Assembly (NCBI GenBank): GCA_905331295.1
Contig: CAJNYD010000036.1
Coordinates: 62,001 to 126,000, forward strand
Direction: 5' to 3'
Length of the DNA stretch: 64,000 bases
Source: Rotaria socialis
Lineage: Eukaryota
Shown here: positions 1 to 12,900 of the stretch, in pieces
Position numbering within the stretch: position 1 is the first letter of the stretch
How the letters are laid out: each line of letters starts with the position of its first letter
Program-made: the position numbers and the translations under genes
The notes under the pieces: model-generated
The model's input: the letters and a program-made list of their open reading frames with translations, nothing else
The model's database searches: none
What the model was told of the DNA's origin: nothing

Positions 1-1100
1 CTTTCGTGAAAATGTGCGTCATTCTCAATTGCTAACTTATATATATATATATATATATGTATGATGTAGATCGTAGATGACGCTGCTATCCAAAGATCTA
101 TTGACAGATAATATTGACGATGTGCATAATTCTTTGGAAAAATAAAATTTTGCACTAGAAATATTTGTTCTGCATGAACTTGAGGAGGTGAAAAATTGAA
201 AAACAAAAAAGTTCGAAAATGAAATCCTGGTAAAATATAATCTATTTTTACTAGCTACTAACGTCAGAAATTAGAGATAAACTTAATTGTTTTTGTATGT
301 AACTCATAGTGAAATAGTTCATATCACAATAAATTCGTGAACTTTAAACAATGTTAGAACATCTTGTACTATAGAAATCCGCCTTGAATACATTTTCTGA
401 TCTCCATTTTGATATTACACATATAATTAGATGAACATGCATTATGTCTTCTAGATGGTAAAAAGCAATTATTTTAATAATATAGTGCAAATAAAACGAT
501 GACAGATGAGGGTTATGCGTACGAGAAGGTGCTTTGTCCTGTACAACTACTACACGCCTTTCTCCATCATTCGAAGAATCAGAAGACTAAAGGCCACTGT
601 TTAGGAGTGTTTTTCTATGAGGGCATTAATTCGGAAAGGTATTTCTTAAGTAACAGTTTTTAAGCAATATTCTTGACTGTACAAAATCAGATTATATGAA
701 CTTGTACTTTATATGAGAAACCTGCAGGAAGTAAAAGTAATTAGACGTTTTACACTTTGAACTTTTGTTTTACAAGCATGATAAATGATAGAAAATTCTG
801 TTTTTCTTCATGAAAAAAGCAATCCTTTCAATCTTTTCTCCTTGTGATCAATTAATGGAAAATGATTTAGTCTAATCCTTTTTACGTCTAATCTTAGCGA
901 TTTAAATTTTCATTAGTACATACGATATCAAATTTCGCTGATGCGCGGACAAAAACAATCGTATGATTTTATTTTGATTTGAGTAAAATCAATATTTTAG
1001 TAGATATATATATATATATATATAATGTTCTATAAAATTCGATATTTTTTGGTATTATTAATTTACATTCGAGCTGGTCTAATCATAGAAAGATATTACC

Positions 1101-2346
1101 ATGCGTGTATTGATTCCTATTCTAGCCTGTTTTTTATTTTATTCATCGAAAGTTTTCGCTGGTCAGGAATTGTCATCATCAACAAATAATGAATGTGACC
1201 CTGCAATAGCATCATGGACTTCGTGGTTTAATACACAAAATCCCCAAACCAATGGCAACGATATCGAAGATATTTCATTCATTCGAAACTCATATGCAGA
1301 AGCAGCTCGCTGTGAACAAGTTTTAAATGTTGAATATTCTGTTTTGGGAAAATCCAATAATAACACATCACTCTATCAAACACTAATCAATAATAATGGT
1401 GTTTTTTGCATGGGTTCACCAACATCCCGTTGTCCAGATTATAGCGTTCGTTTCTGTTGTCGAAAAGAACGACAGCAATGCGGTCAAACATTTCGTCAAC
1501 CTCAAGTAAATTCTCTACTTCGTATTGTCAACGGCTTTGAAGCTAAGCCCCATTCATTGCCATGGGTAGTTTCCTTACAATATAGGGGTGTCCATGATTG
1601 TGGAGGAGTAATTATTGACCAATGGCATATATTAACGGCTGCACATTGTTTAGATTATTCAAATGATCTTCAAAATTATTTTGCTCGTGTTGGTGCACAT
1701 AATAAATATACATCTGGCCAACTTTTACCTATTGCTGAGTTGATTATACATCCAACTTATAATGAAGAACGTTCGACCGATGATATTGGTATTGTTAAAT
1801 TGGCTGCACCAATAAACTTTTCACAAGACATTCAACCAATTTGTCTTTTTGATAGTGTTAGTAAAATCAGTGTTCATCATTTATTTTGAAATGATAGTCT
1901 GATTTGTTATAGGTTGTTGAACCACCACTTGGCGCAACTGTTTTTGTTGCTGGCTGGGGTAATACGGTACATCAAATGTGGAATAGTTCAAGTACCGTTC
2001 TTCTCCAAGCACAACTTCGTGTCATATCTGATTGTTCCATGTATTTTGCATATGAAGCTCAAAAACAAATTTGTACAGCTCATAACGGACCTGCTGATAG
2101 AGACCATGGGTTCGTCTAGTAGTAGTATTTCATTAGTTATCATCATAGATTCGTTTTAAATTTAGATCATGTCAAGGTGATAGTGGTGGTGGTTTATTGT
2201 ATTTTAAGGATGGTCGTTGGTATGCTGCTGGTGTAGTTAGTTATGCTATCGAATGTGGTCGACAAGCATTTCCAACTGTATTTACCAAAATAGCACCTTA
2301 TATGGATTGGATTCGACCAATCATCAATCGTCCAGCTAGCGGTTAA
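1101..2346 (+). CDS. Secreted S1 (trypsin-fold) serine protease with N-terminal WxxW (mucin/CILP-type) domain; 3 exons (1101-1856, 1913-2109, 2166-2346)
   Basis: Signal peptide MRVLIPILACFLFYSSKVFA; WTSWFNTQNP...DYSVRFCC WxxW module; activation site R|IVNG; LTAAHC, DDIGIVKL, and GSCQGDSGG after splicing two 56-nt GT-AG introns; stop TAA at 2344-2346. Confidence 0.92.
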
Positions 2347-3284
2347 ATTTTTATTCACTTCATATATAATTAAAATGGAAAAGAAATAAACCAGAAAGGA
2401 TAATTAATTGCAAATATTATGATTTATTTTTTCATACAGCTAAGGAATACGATAATAGAATTTGAAACTTACGATTGTTTACAAAAATAGTAACGCACGT
2501 TATGTTAGCTATACAACTACTTTTGACAAAATAGTATTGTTTAGAAACATGTCCTGATACTTTTCTGACATGCAATCAATACAAGGTGATCAACATTGTC
2601 TGATATACTGGATATTGTTGTTTAATATCTAGTGACCAACAGTTATCGCTGTTGCAAGATGTATTGTATACTTTTGTTGGTGTACATTGTGATAGATCTG
2701 CTGAGTTTTCAAGCATCTTTCTGTTTTGCGTCTTTAACTATATGTCATCCGCTTAGTTGAACACATCCTGTCCTTAAATTTTCTTATCTGCTTACTATAA
2801 AATTATACAATTATCTTGACGAGTAGTGAAGCTAGAATAAATTTCTATCAGTGTCAATGAATCGACTCGATACGACTTACAATCACGAGAGTGCACTGTT
2901 TTCCGGTTAGCGTATAGTTTTTACCAACTATAATTCAAGTGAATATTAATGTTTATTTTTATATAAGCAGCTTGATAAAAACGCCGAAAACGTGGATTTG
3001 AATCGTACATTGAGAATACATCATACGTTTTGTAGCAAAATATGACACAATGTTATCTTAGTATATTTGAAAGTCTCGATTAGATCATCAAAATAACTCA
3101 CCGAAAAGTTGTATCTGTTATCAAGAAAAGCAAAGGAGGCTAATCATTAAACAATCGGGACTAGCCGCTGGTCACAGAACACAAAAAATATCCGACAGAC
3201 ACAACTACATTGATAGATATTCGCTATATAAGTAAGTTTTTCGATTTCAACGGGATTATTGGTTTTAAAAAATAAAACAAAAAC

Positions 3285-3771
3285 TCAAGAAATTGAACAG
3301 GATCTCGTAGCTTGTTGTTGTGGGCGAAATCTTTGGATTAGTCTTCGCATCGGATCAATATAGTTTTCTTGTAACCATACTTGTTTGTAAGCAAGAATTC
3401 TGTTGACTCGACAGGTGCGTCCTCCAATGACCAGCGATGGAACCACTACCAGTTGATGATTAATCTGACTAATCTCATAGAATCGACCAGTCATGTCACG
3501 ACTGAGAGCATCACTTGGAAAAAAAAACTTTACCAATGAATAAATCTGGACTGAGAGCCATACCAAGAACAAAAACTAGACGATCTTCTTCATCAGATAA
3601 GGATGCCCATCTCGCATAGTTTGTATAACGACGAATATCATTGTCATTATAGTCAATACAATAGCAGACGCAGTTTAAATAATACATTATTTTAGCGATA
3701 TCACTATTCGGTACATCCGCTCGTGACGTTGTGTCACGAATTTGAGTTTGTTGTCTTTCTAAATATGCCAT
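3285..3771 (-). CDS. Intronless hypothetical protein (~161 aa) split by a 1-nt frameshift in a T9 run; ends in CaaX-like CSIS
   Basis: ORFs 3511-3771 and 3285-3572 overlap and join into one reading (...IGKVFF|PSDALSRDMTGRFYEI...) if one base is removed from the A9 run at 3519-3527. Confidence 0.6.
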
Positions 3772-4628
3772 TTGAATAAACTACCTGCTGGAATCGCAAA
3801 TTTTTTGAATCACAATTGTAATTTCGAAACTTTACTGCCAATAGAACAAGCTATAGATCAATGCGAAATATTCTTGCTATTACTGTAGCGGTAAGTATTA
3901 AAAAAAGGAGCTTAGCAGTGAAAATGTTCAGAATAACTTTTTTTTAATAAAAAACTCTTCATTATATACTCTTTTCAATCTTTAATTTGCCAACATTCCT
4001 TCGTAATAATGACTGTCTGTAAATCAACTTCCTAGGAAAAAGAATAAAAACAAGTCATGTTGATACACACACACACTTCCTACTCGAGAAAGATTTTTTA
4101 CAACAATTTGCTTTGAATACAAACTCTTCTGTGGCTACTTCCATTTTGCCAAGACTCGACAGCAACACACGTACTTTTGGTAAAAAAAACTGTGATCAGG
4201 GAGCTCGCTACTCCTGCTAAGATTTGCAACAAGAAAAAAACCTTCCTTCACACTCGCACCGTTAAGATATGGATGAAAGAATAATAGCATTTAAATCTGT
4301 TGAATTCATGCAAAACACACATGATTATAAAAATATTTCCCCCCTATTTTATCTTCATAACAATTTGAAAATTTTCAAAAAACAATATCACGTTTTAAAA
4401 TAAACACAATCGACATAGAACTTTATTGTTAATTGATTATACTACGGTTAAAATCTTGAATAAATTCAATCATATCGAGTCAGATTTTGTATAAATATGT
4501 GAAATATTTTCAATAAAATTTGATACATTTGGAGATTATTGAATTGCATAGACCAATTTTGTAGCCTATATAAATATATTTGTATTCTATTTTGAAGAAA
4601 TAAATAGAAAACCAACAAATATGATTAA

Positions 4629-5300
4629 TTATAATTTGGGTTTCGGTGAAGATAAGAGATGAAGAACACTATGCAATGATCCATGCCAAGGTGCATTTTC
4701 AGCAAACGTGAGTCGGCTCCACCAAACTCGATGAGGTTTTTGCAGCGCATGCAAATGAAGATGATCTATTGAATTATATGGTGGACGATGAAAACACAAG
4801 TCAAACGATGAATCTATCGGTGTTGTCTCATCTTTGTAGACGTCAGATGACGAATGCAACGCTGGTAAATGCCCTCGATTAAATGCATACTGATCTGGTG
4901 GTGCTGCAAGAGGTAATAACGGAGCTTCAGCCGATCCAATATGTTGAGCGTGAACACGAAGTTGTTCCATAGCTACCTAGAATGAAAGATCTTATTTCGT
5001 TTTAAATCTGAGCAAACGAATCATCGTATATACTTTTTTCATATGCTCAAGTAAAGGTCGGTGTTCTTCTGTAAGTGAATTGATATTTCGAATATGCACT
5101 AATGGTACTATTAAGAAATGTAATCGTGCAGCTGGTGTTCGAGGAATGAACATTGCGCATTGGTCATCACGATACCATAGCTGATTAGCTGGTGATTCAC
5201 CTCGTACAATACGACAGAATAAACAATCAACTACTTCATTACTATCTGTGGAATACGTAACTCCTTTTTTATTTCGAGTTCTCGCCTGTACAGAACCCAT
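4629..5300 (-). CDS. HINT3: HIT-family nucleotide hydrolase, HINT3-like; 2 exons (intron 4977-5033)
   Basis: DCLFCRIV, PAARLHFLIVPLVHI, FHRPPYNSIDHLHLHAL (HxHxH triad); a 57-nt GT-AG intron joins ...EHMKK|VAMEQL... Confidence 0.85.
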
Positions 5301-5393
5301 ATATTATCTTAAAAAGAATAATACAATGAAAATACAAGAAATAAGATCATTTCCCCCCCAAGATAAGCAAACAAACATAAATAAAAGAAATAT

Positions 5394-8300
5394 TTATTGA
5401 ATTTTTGAAAGGGCTGCTGCTCGTCTATCGGATGTTTGAAACAGAGCACGAATAAGTTGTTTGATTTCTAAAGCTGTAAATTGACTAGCAAGTGGTCCTT
5501 GTCCATTAAACCAACGATCGACAATATTCTGTAACGAACTATTTAGAACAAGACATAATTCATTAAATCTGGTTAAATTTGGTGCTAATCGAGCAAGAAC
5601 ATTTAAACCAGGACTCAGTTCATCTTTCACAAGTATATTTTCTAAAAATTTTGACCATTGTGTAAAAACATCAACCATGATTTGACATTCTTGCTCTGGA
5701 ATATCTTCGAGTGTTAAAGTTTCTTTCAGAAGAAGATGACTAACATGATCACATAGATATCCTAATTGATACACAAAAGAGATAGAATAAGAAGAGAAGA
5801 AAAGTTTTTTGTGTTTAATTATGCTTACCAATAACTTTAAAATAAACTTGGGGTGAAAAAATATTTTTCCAATTATGAGACAGTGTTTCCGTGTGCATTA
5901 TACATTTACTGATAGCTCGTTTTAACATATCTTGGTTTTCATCGTCAACAACAATATTGCGAAATGCTATTTAATAAAAACAGTAGTTGAAATAAAAAAT
6001 AGAAAGCAAAGAATAAAATTTGAAATAGTTCATACCTCCGATTTCTTTAATAAAAGATGTTAGTATATCTCTTTGAGTGTCTAATTGAGCTTTAAGTAAA
6101 TTTGCTGCTTGGTTACGAAATATTGGAACATAATCAACAAATGTTATTGGTTGACCATCACCTGTCTTGTTCTTCAAATGATAATATTCTTCGCCGAGAA
6201 TAAGACATTCATGTGCAACATACATATATGTATTAAAATGTAAAGCTGAAAAGAAATGAACAAAATACTATTTTTATTCACATTCCTAATCGAAAATGCA
6301 TGAGACTATTTATTTCGTTTATTCAGTTGTACCGAAGGTTTTCATGCGAATTGTAGAAGTTTTAGGCTTATTTTATTTCGATAGATATAACTTCGTTCAC
6401 TAACGATTTTGAATAATTACTGACTTAATCATTAATATTTAGTAAAAAATACATTTGTTTAGCTAAATTTAAGATTTCTACGACTTGCAACTTCATGTTA
6501 ATTAGTAAATTTGAAGACAAACTTGAGTTTAAGATAGATTCTAGATGCTCTGGATTCATGTTTGATGAGTATAAATTACAATTTAATGATTAAGAATCGA
6601 TTTGAATTCATAAAATTTACGATATCTGATTTACATTAAATTCAAGCCTGCAAATGAATAAATAGATTATTGAACTTCATCTCCATGCATACACTGTGCA
6701 TCTCGAAACTCTATTTTATGTTAAACGTGAAATATAATCTCACTCATTTTCATCCATCACGCGAAGAAAAATTCTAACCTGTTAAATAAGAGAGTTCTTG
6801 TGCTTTTTTTCCATGTAAATTCGCGTATATTACATGAAATAACTCTACCATATTTCTTGCGGTTGCACAGAAATGTGCACCATAATTTTCTAATTGATCA
6901 GCTTCTTGTAAAACGCTTCGAATCGATTGCATATATTCATAAACATGTTCTCTTAAAAATGAAAAAATTGTCATTTTTTAAATCGAAAAACAAACAAACT
7001 GTGAAGACGACTTTATTCTTACACAATGATTGTACGAGGAAATCGAAACATATTTGCATCTAATTCATCTAAACTAATAGTTGACAATAGAATATTTGAT
7101 GAATTTTCGTTTTTATATTTTTCTTTATCTTGCTCATTTTGTTTAAATAATTGTTCATCATCACCGATTTCAATCGTTTTTAACGATGTCGTAATTGTTG
7201 CATGTGATTGTAGTAACTGGCGACTTTGGAATAGATACTTTCGACACCGACTTTTTATTATGGATTCATCAATATTTCCGACAACAGAAGAAAATATATT
7301 CGGCATTTTATTTGACGAAAAGAATTTTATTTTGATTAAAGATTTTTCGAAATCAGTTGCAGTTTGTAATAATGAACGAAATATTTCGATGTGTTGAAAA
7401 TCGTTTGGAATAACATTCAAAAGATGATCACGAATAAGTTCGATAAAATCATTGACAATAGTGGAAGAAAAAATGGCCATCAATGAAACAGGTTGAATGG
7501 ATCTATAGAATAGAAGAAGAATCTATTTGTAAATATTCAAAGTAGCTAGTTTTCTTTGGAACGAGAAATTTCATGTTGTTCTCTATTTTTGTTGACTGTC
7601 TAAATCACAAGTTTTTTAGCTTTAAAAAATTGTCAATACTCTAAATAAAAACAAAACTTTCTCGCAAATTCTTACTTGCTATTCGACATTTGAATTTTCA
7701 TTGTTCTTGATAATAGATAAGTGTTCAATGTGTCAAAAAGTTGATTTAAATAATTTAATGTTTTATTAAATTGTTCGATAGTATTTCTCTCTGTTTCTTC
7801 TTCGTCGTTTTCCATTCGTATTGAAATTACTTTTGTGTCTACATCGATAACTAGTTTCATTTTTTTCTCTACTACTACACGAATAAATCCTTGAAAAAAA
7901 TATGAAGCAAATGCTTGAGCATTTTTTTCCACTAATACTTTCTCTCCTTTTTCATCATAAAGTGTACATTTAAAAAGTTGATCCAGATAGTTCAAATTTA
8001 ATTTCAATTGATTTTTAACTGTTCGATTAACACCATCATTCCATAGGCTATGATGTGTTTGACAAATATCGGTACGTAATTGCCTAACATTTCTTTGAAA
8101 TATTTCAAACAATGGATGATGCTGTTGATAAAATTTATCGGTAGAATGAGGAAATAAATATTCATTATTAATTAGTTTTTCTACGGTTTCAAATAAGATT
8201 TTTGCTTCGTTTAAATGACCTTTTCTACATAATTGTCGACTATCTAAAAGTAAGATACTTGAAAAAATAAAATTTTCAAATATATTTGTTTTTCTTTTAC

Positions 8301-8626
8301 CATGAATGTGATTTTGTAATTGAATTAATTCTTTAATACCATGAATAAATTGATTTAATTGATGGACTTGATGATAATTCGAATTCACATGACGTGCATG
8401 ACTTTCTAATTGTGAATAATCTTCAACGTGTTTAGTTAATTCATTTCTTTTCAGTTCTAATTTTTCACATTGCTTAATAAGTTCTGCAGTTTGTGAATTA
8501 ATTTTATTTATATCTTTAATTTTGGTTATGTATGATTCATGAATTAGTTTTTTTTTATCATCAATTTCTTGTTTTAGATTGCCTTTTAATAAATCAATTT
8601 GATCAGCATTGATGGATTCTAAACAT
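5394..8626 (-). CDS. ZW10: Centromere/kinetochore and ER-tethering protein ZW10 (multi-exon; 5' end uncertain)
   Basis: C-terminus LNSSLQNIVDRW..GQGPLASQFTALEIKQLIRALFQTSDRRAAALSKIQ is the ZW10 signature; TFVDYVPIFR and FRFPR motifs; N-terminal coiled coil open up to ~8620, but the ATG at 8626 is out of frame by one base. Confidence 0.93.
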
Positions 8627-8829
8627 TGTTATAAATTAATTAATAAATATAGAGTTCGCTATCGTGAGAGGAGAATTGAGTAAAATGAAAAAATGCGTTA
8701 CATTTTACTGCAGATTTCAAATTAACTGAACACGATGTGAAGTTCCTTTTAGTTCTTTTACGGACAATACTACTCTCAGAAATCTTTGTTGACAGGTGAC
8801 CATAATAGATATTTGGATAGTGTTTCGAT

Positions 8830-9320
8830 GGTCGTATCTTGATTCGGTCCTAATTGGAAATATGTTCTCTCAATTGGGTCCTACCCCAGTTCGGTCCTAT
8901 CTCAGTTCGGTCCCTGTCAGTGTATTCGTGATTTATAAATATAAATATAATAAGCCTACCGTAATGTTCATACCCACCCTATTTAAATCTAAAAATTTCA
9001 TTTTGAAATTATGATTGGTTGAAGCTGTTAAAACAAAATTAGTCAAGAAGTAGTAAAACAACAATTTTTTTGAATTAATATCGATGTCTATAAGTTCTAT
9101 ATGTTAATAGATTTTTTAATTGTCTTGTTATTCTTTATGATATAAATTATTCTCTTCTCTTTGATATATAATCATGAATTATTTTAATTAATATTAAAAT
9201 AGAAATGAGAAATAATTACGGGACCGAACTGAGATAGGACCGAACTGAGATAGGACCGAACTGGGGTAGGACCCAATTGAGAGAACATTTTTCCAATTAG
9301 GACCGAATCGGGGACATCCC
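8830..9320. mobile_element. Non-autonomous Mutator-like MITE/foldback element with 9-bp TSD
   Basis: Perfect direct repeat TGTTTCGAT at 8821-8829 and 9321-9329; ~85-100 bp terminal inverted repeats (GATTCGGTCCTAATTGGAAA...) built from 16-bp units GGACCGAACTGAGATA; AT-rich non-coding core. Confidence 0.9.
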
Positions 9321-9996
9321 TGTTTCGATGCTCAACGATGCACATAGTATGCTTGGAAATGTCGAGATAAAACTCAATCTAATTGTATTGAAGTTTAGAT
9401 TAAACAATAATAAACGGTGATCAGTAATGTTCATTATCGAGCGATATCAAAGTTAAATCTTATTTTTTTTAAATCAGGAATGATTGAACATCAATGGTCT
9501 GATCAGCGCGATTTACAAGACGCTAACCAACCATTCAACTATAATTGATACAGATCAAATATCAGCATAATTCTACACCAATGCCGACGAACGATATTGC
9601 CTAAACGTCGAAAAACGTGAGTCATTCATTTCATATACTGCTACATTTTGATTCTATAAGAGATCATTCATTGTTTCTAATAATCTTAGTGGCGTAATTC
9701 CGTAACACTTGACATAAGTATCCCAAAAATAGTAAATAAAATCAAACTTACGATTGAAAGTTTTAATATCATTTTTCTCTAAAAAATCTGCCAACATCTG
9801 AAATAAAAAAAAACGGCCTAATACTTAACTGAATTACAATAATTTTTAAAAATCATATTCGATTTTTATTTCTTTATAACAAAAAGAAAGATAATATTAC
9901 TATATTTAAAAAAAATCACCTAACGAAATTTTATAATCAAAAGTTAAAACATAATAAATATTAGTCGCAGCTTATTATGGAAAGACTAGATTGATT

Positions 9997-12900
9997 TCAC
10001 TGTTCACTCGCTCGGTTTTCTAACCATTTTTTACATATATCATAAACAGCTGTTTGACCACTCTTTTGTGCATCGTCGCGAATCGAACGAACTTTATCTT
10101 CTCTTCCAAGACGAATAGCAATTAAATAAGCAGCACGTAATTTACCAACAGCCATGTAAACATTAATACGAGTATCATCATTTTTAATCATTTGAATTAA
10201 TGTATCTTGTTCTCGACTCTAGAAATACAAAAAAGTTGTATAAAAAACATTAACTATTTGGTTTTACTTGTTCAACATCAGAACCCGATTGTCGAACACA
10301 ACTTTCAATAATATCATCATGTAATTTATTATCAGTATAACCATTTTCACGAATCAATTGAAGTAGTTGTTGAAGAGAACGATAATCACGACGTTTACCA
10401 ATTTGTTCAGCACACGGTACAAATACTTCCGTTGGCGTAAAATTCATTGCCTTGAAGAAATTCAAATATTGAAAGTAAATAGAAGTCAAAATTAAAAACA
10501 AATCATACATTAATTATTTTATTTATGAAATTCAATGCATTTGCTATTGTATCGGATATTGTGATTAAAGCTGTGATAAGTTTTATAACTGATTCTTTTC
10601 CATCAAATAAGGTTGGGCAATTAACTAAGATATTTGAACCATTGTTATTAAGTCGTTTTAATTGTGCAAAAATATATCGAGTTAGTTCCAATTGAAGATC
10701 AATTTTACCCGTAGTACTACAATCAAGAAAGAAAATATTATTTCGTGAATATAGAAAAAAATTTTAAATTCTAAAGATATTATTTAGAAACCTATTCGAC
10801 GAAGAGAGAAAGTCCTTCTCGAGTTCTTTGGTAGCTAAATACAATTCCATCAAAGATAGTTATAGAGAAGTGGGAACATATCATCTCATCATTGTAGTTT
10901 ATTTGCTCTATCAGAAAAAATCATTTCTTAAAAACATCAAATAGAAAACAGAATCTAATGTTGGCTGTCTGAGTTTTACGCAGATCTTCATTCGAGAATT
11001 TTTGGTGATAACAGATATAATTGGCAAGTCTTTCTATCTATCGACATTGAAAAAAAGAATCTTCAAAATATAACTTTTCGAGATTTTATACTCTTCACTG
11101 TATAGAATTTGGAATAATCAATAGCTAGTAATATTAACGTGATAGCTATTAAATAAAGTAGATTTCACACAATAAGATTTCCTTATTATACACACGTGTA
11201 TATATATATATTGGCTAACTGAATAGAACGATTTGTCTCATACCTGTGAATTTTCATCATTGCTTGGTCTGTATCAGCTTTTACTTGTTGAAAACAGTCT
11301 AAAGCATTTCTTAAATGACTTAAGCGCTTTTCGTATAAATCAACATAAGTTGTTCGGTTTAAAGTAAACAATTGAATCGATGTAAATGCTGCATTAGTGA
11401 AATCATTCATAAATAATTGTAATTGTTGTAGCGAATGATGCATTTCTTGTTCTTTTAAATATGTACAAATAAATTTTAAATGATGTGCAAATGAATTATA
11501 ATTATTCGTGAAGGATACATAATTGAATAAATGCTTTATGTGATTACGTTTTAATAATGGAATATAAATATGATCACGAAATACTGCTAATGAACATTTA
11601 TATTCAAATGCTTGAGTATATAATTCATGACGAATATAATAATCTAGTAAATGAGCATCGTCACTATAAGTTGTTAAATAGAACAAGATTTCATCTTGAA
11701 TCACTAGAAAACACAAGAAAAATCTATTCTATTGAATTCAGAGAACTGAGGCAAAATCCATTAACCTTTATTTGGTTGACTCGATACACGTGGCATTGTC
11801 GAAAGACTATTAAGATATTTTAAACTAGTACGTGTTTGACCGGCTTGTCGAGTTTGTTGTTCAGTTAGATATTGACATTTCATAGAGTATTTCAATGAAT
11901 GTGATGATTCAAGATATGATATGATATCGTTGAGAATTTTTTCTTGACTTAAACTACTACGTTGTTGTTGTTTTGGCAGTAAATCAGTTGTTTCAATATT
12001 TTTTTGTAGACATTTATCAAATTTATCACGCGCATCTTCATAATGACCAATGCGAAGATAAGCTATTGAATACAGAAATAACAAGAATTGAAATTAAGGA
12101 AAGTTTTACAATCGAAACGCAATGTTGGCAAATATAGTTTGGATATGCTTTTAAAAAATCTTCATGCTGAATCGAACTATGTGGAGCAACTTAAAGAACT
12201 AGTAAAAAATATTTTCTAGTTATTAGAAACGCAATATAAGAAATGGAAACAAGTTTACGATGATTTTGTTTTGCATTTGAATGAATTAAAAAGAACACGA
12301 ATACTTTGCATTTGTTAAAGGCATTGATAGAAAGAAAACAAAATGTGGACATTTGCCAGCCTGGTGATTATATATTGACGTCAGCTTGCTTGAGTTATAT
12401 AGAAAATTTCTAATTTCTCAAGGAATAAAAAGCCAAATTTTTTCATTTCTAAAAATCCAGACACTACGTTAAGGTAAATTTTAGTCTCTCTAGCAATAAC
12501 TGTACAAATGATTATCTCTATTTTATGTCAACTTGCAGAATAGTAGTTTCTCATTTTAAAATAAAATTTCATAATTACTCATTCCCCACTGAAACCAAAT
12601 CGTATGTGTATCTAAATTACACCGTGTTGAAATATCCATCGCCAATTGATATCGTTCATCGTCCAATAATTTATTTCGAACTTTTCTCAACGTATCTTGT
12701 TGTAAAAGATCATTTAAAGCTGGTAGTGAACAATTAGCCATATTCAAACGATTCAAAATATCAACAAGATTATTATATATATCACATGAACTGATTAATT
12801 TTTGTTGTTCTCCTAATTGCTCATCATTTATAATACCTGTCATTAATTTCATTTTCGCCGTAAACAATAGATTTTTTATTATATTTAATACTAGACCATA

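Noticed and set aside
500..660. Minus-strand VVVVQDKAPSRT resembling a Tc1/mariner QDNAPxH motif
   Set aside because: Too short and degenerate, with no TIRs or other transposase motifs seen.
7026..7397. Antisense and alternate-frame ORFs overlapping ZW10, ZFYVE26, GYS and MTOR exons
   Set aside because: Shadow ORFs of real exons with no recognisable motifs.
9221..9285. Regularly repeated 16-mers resembling a CRISPR array or iterons
   Set aside because: There are no unique spacers, the context is eukaryotic, and the units are mirrored in the opposite TIR.
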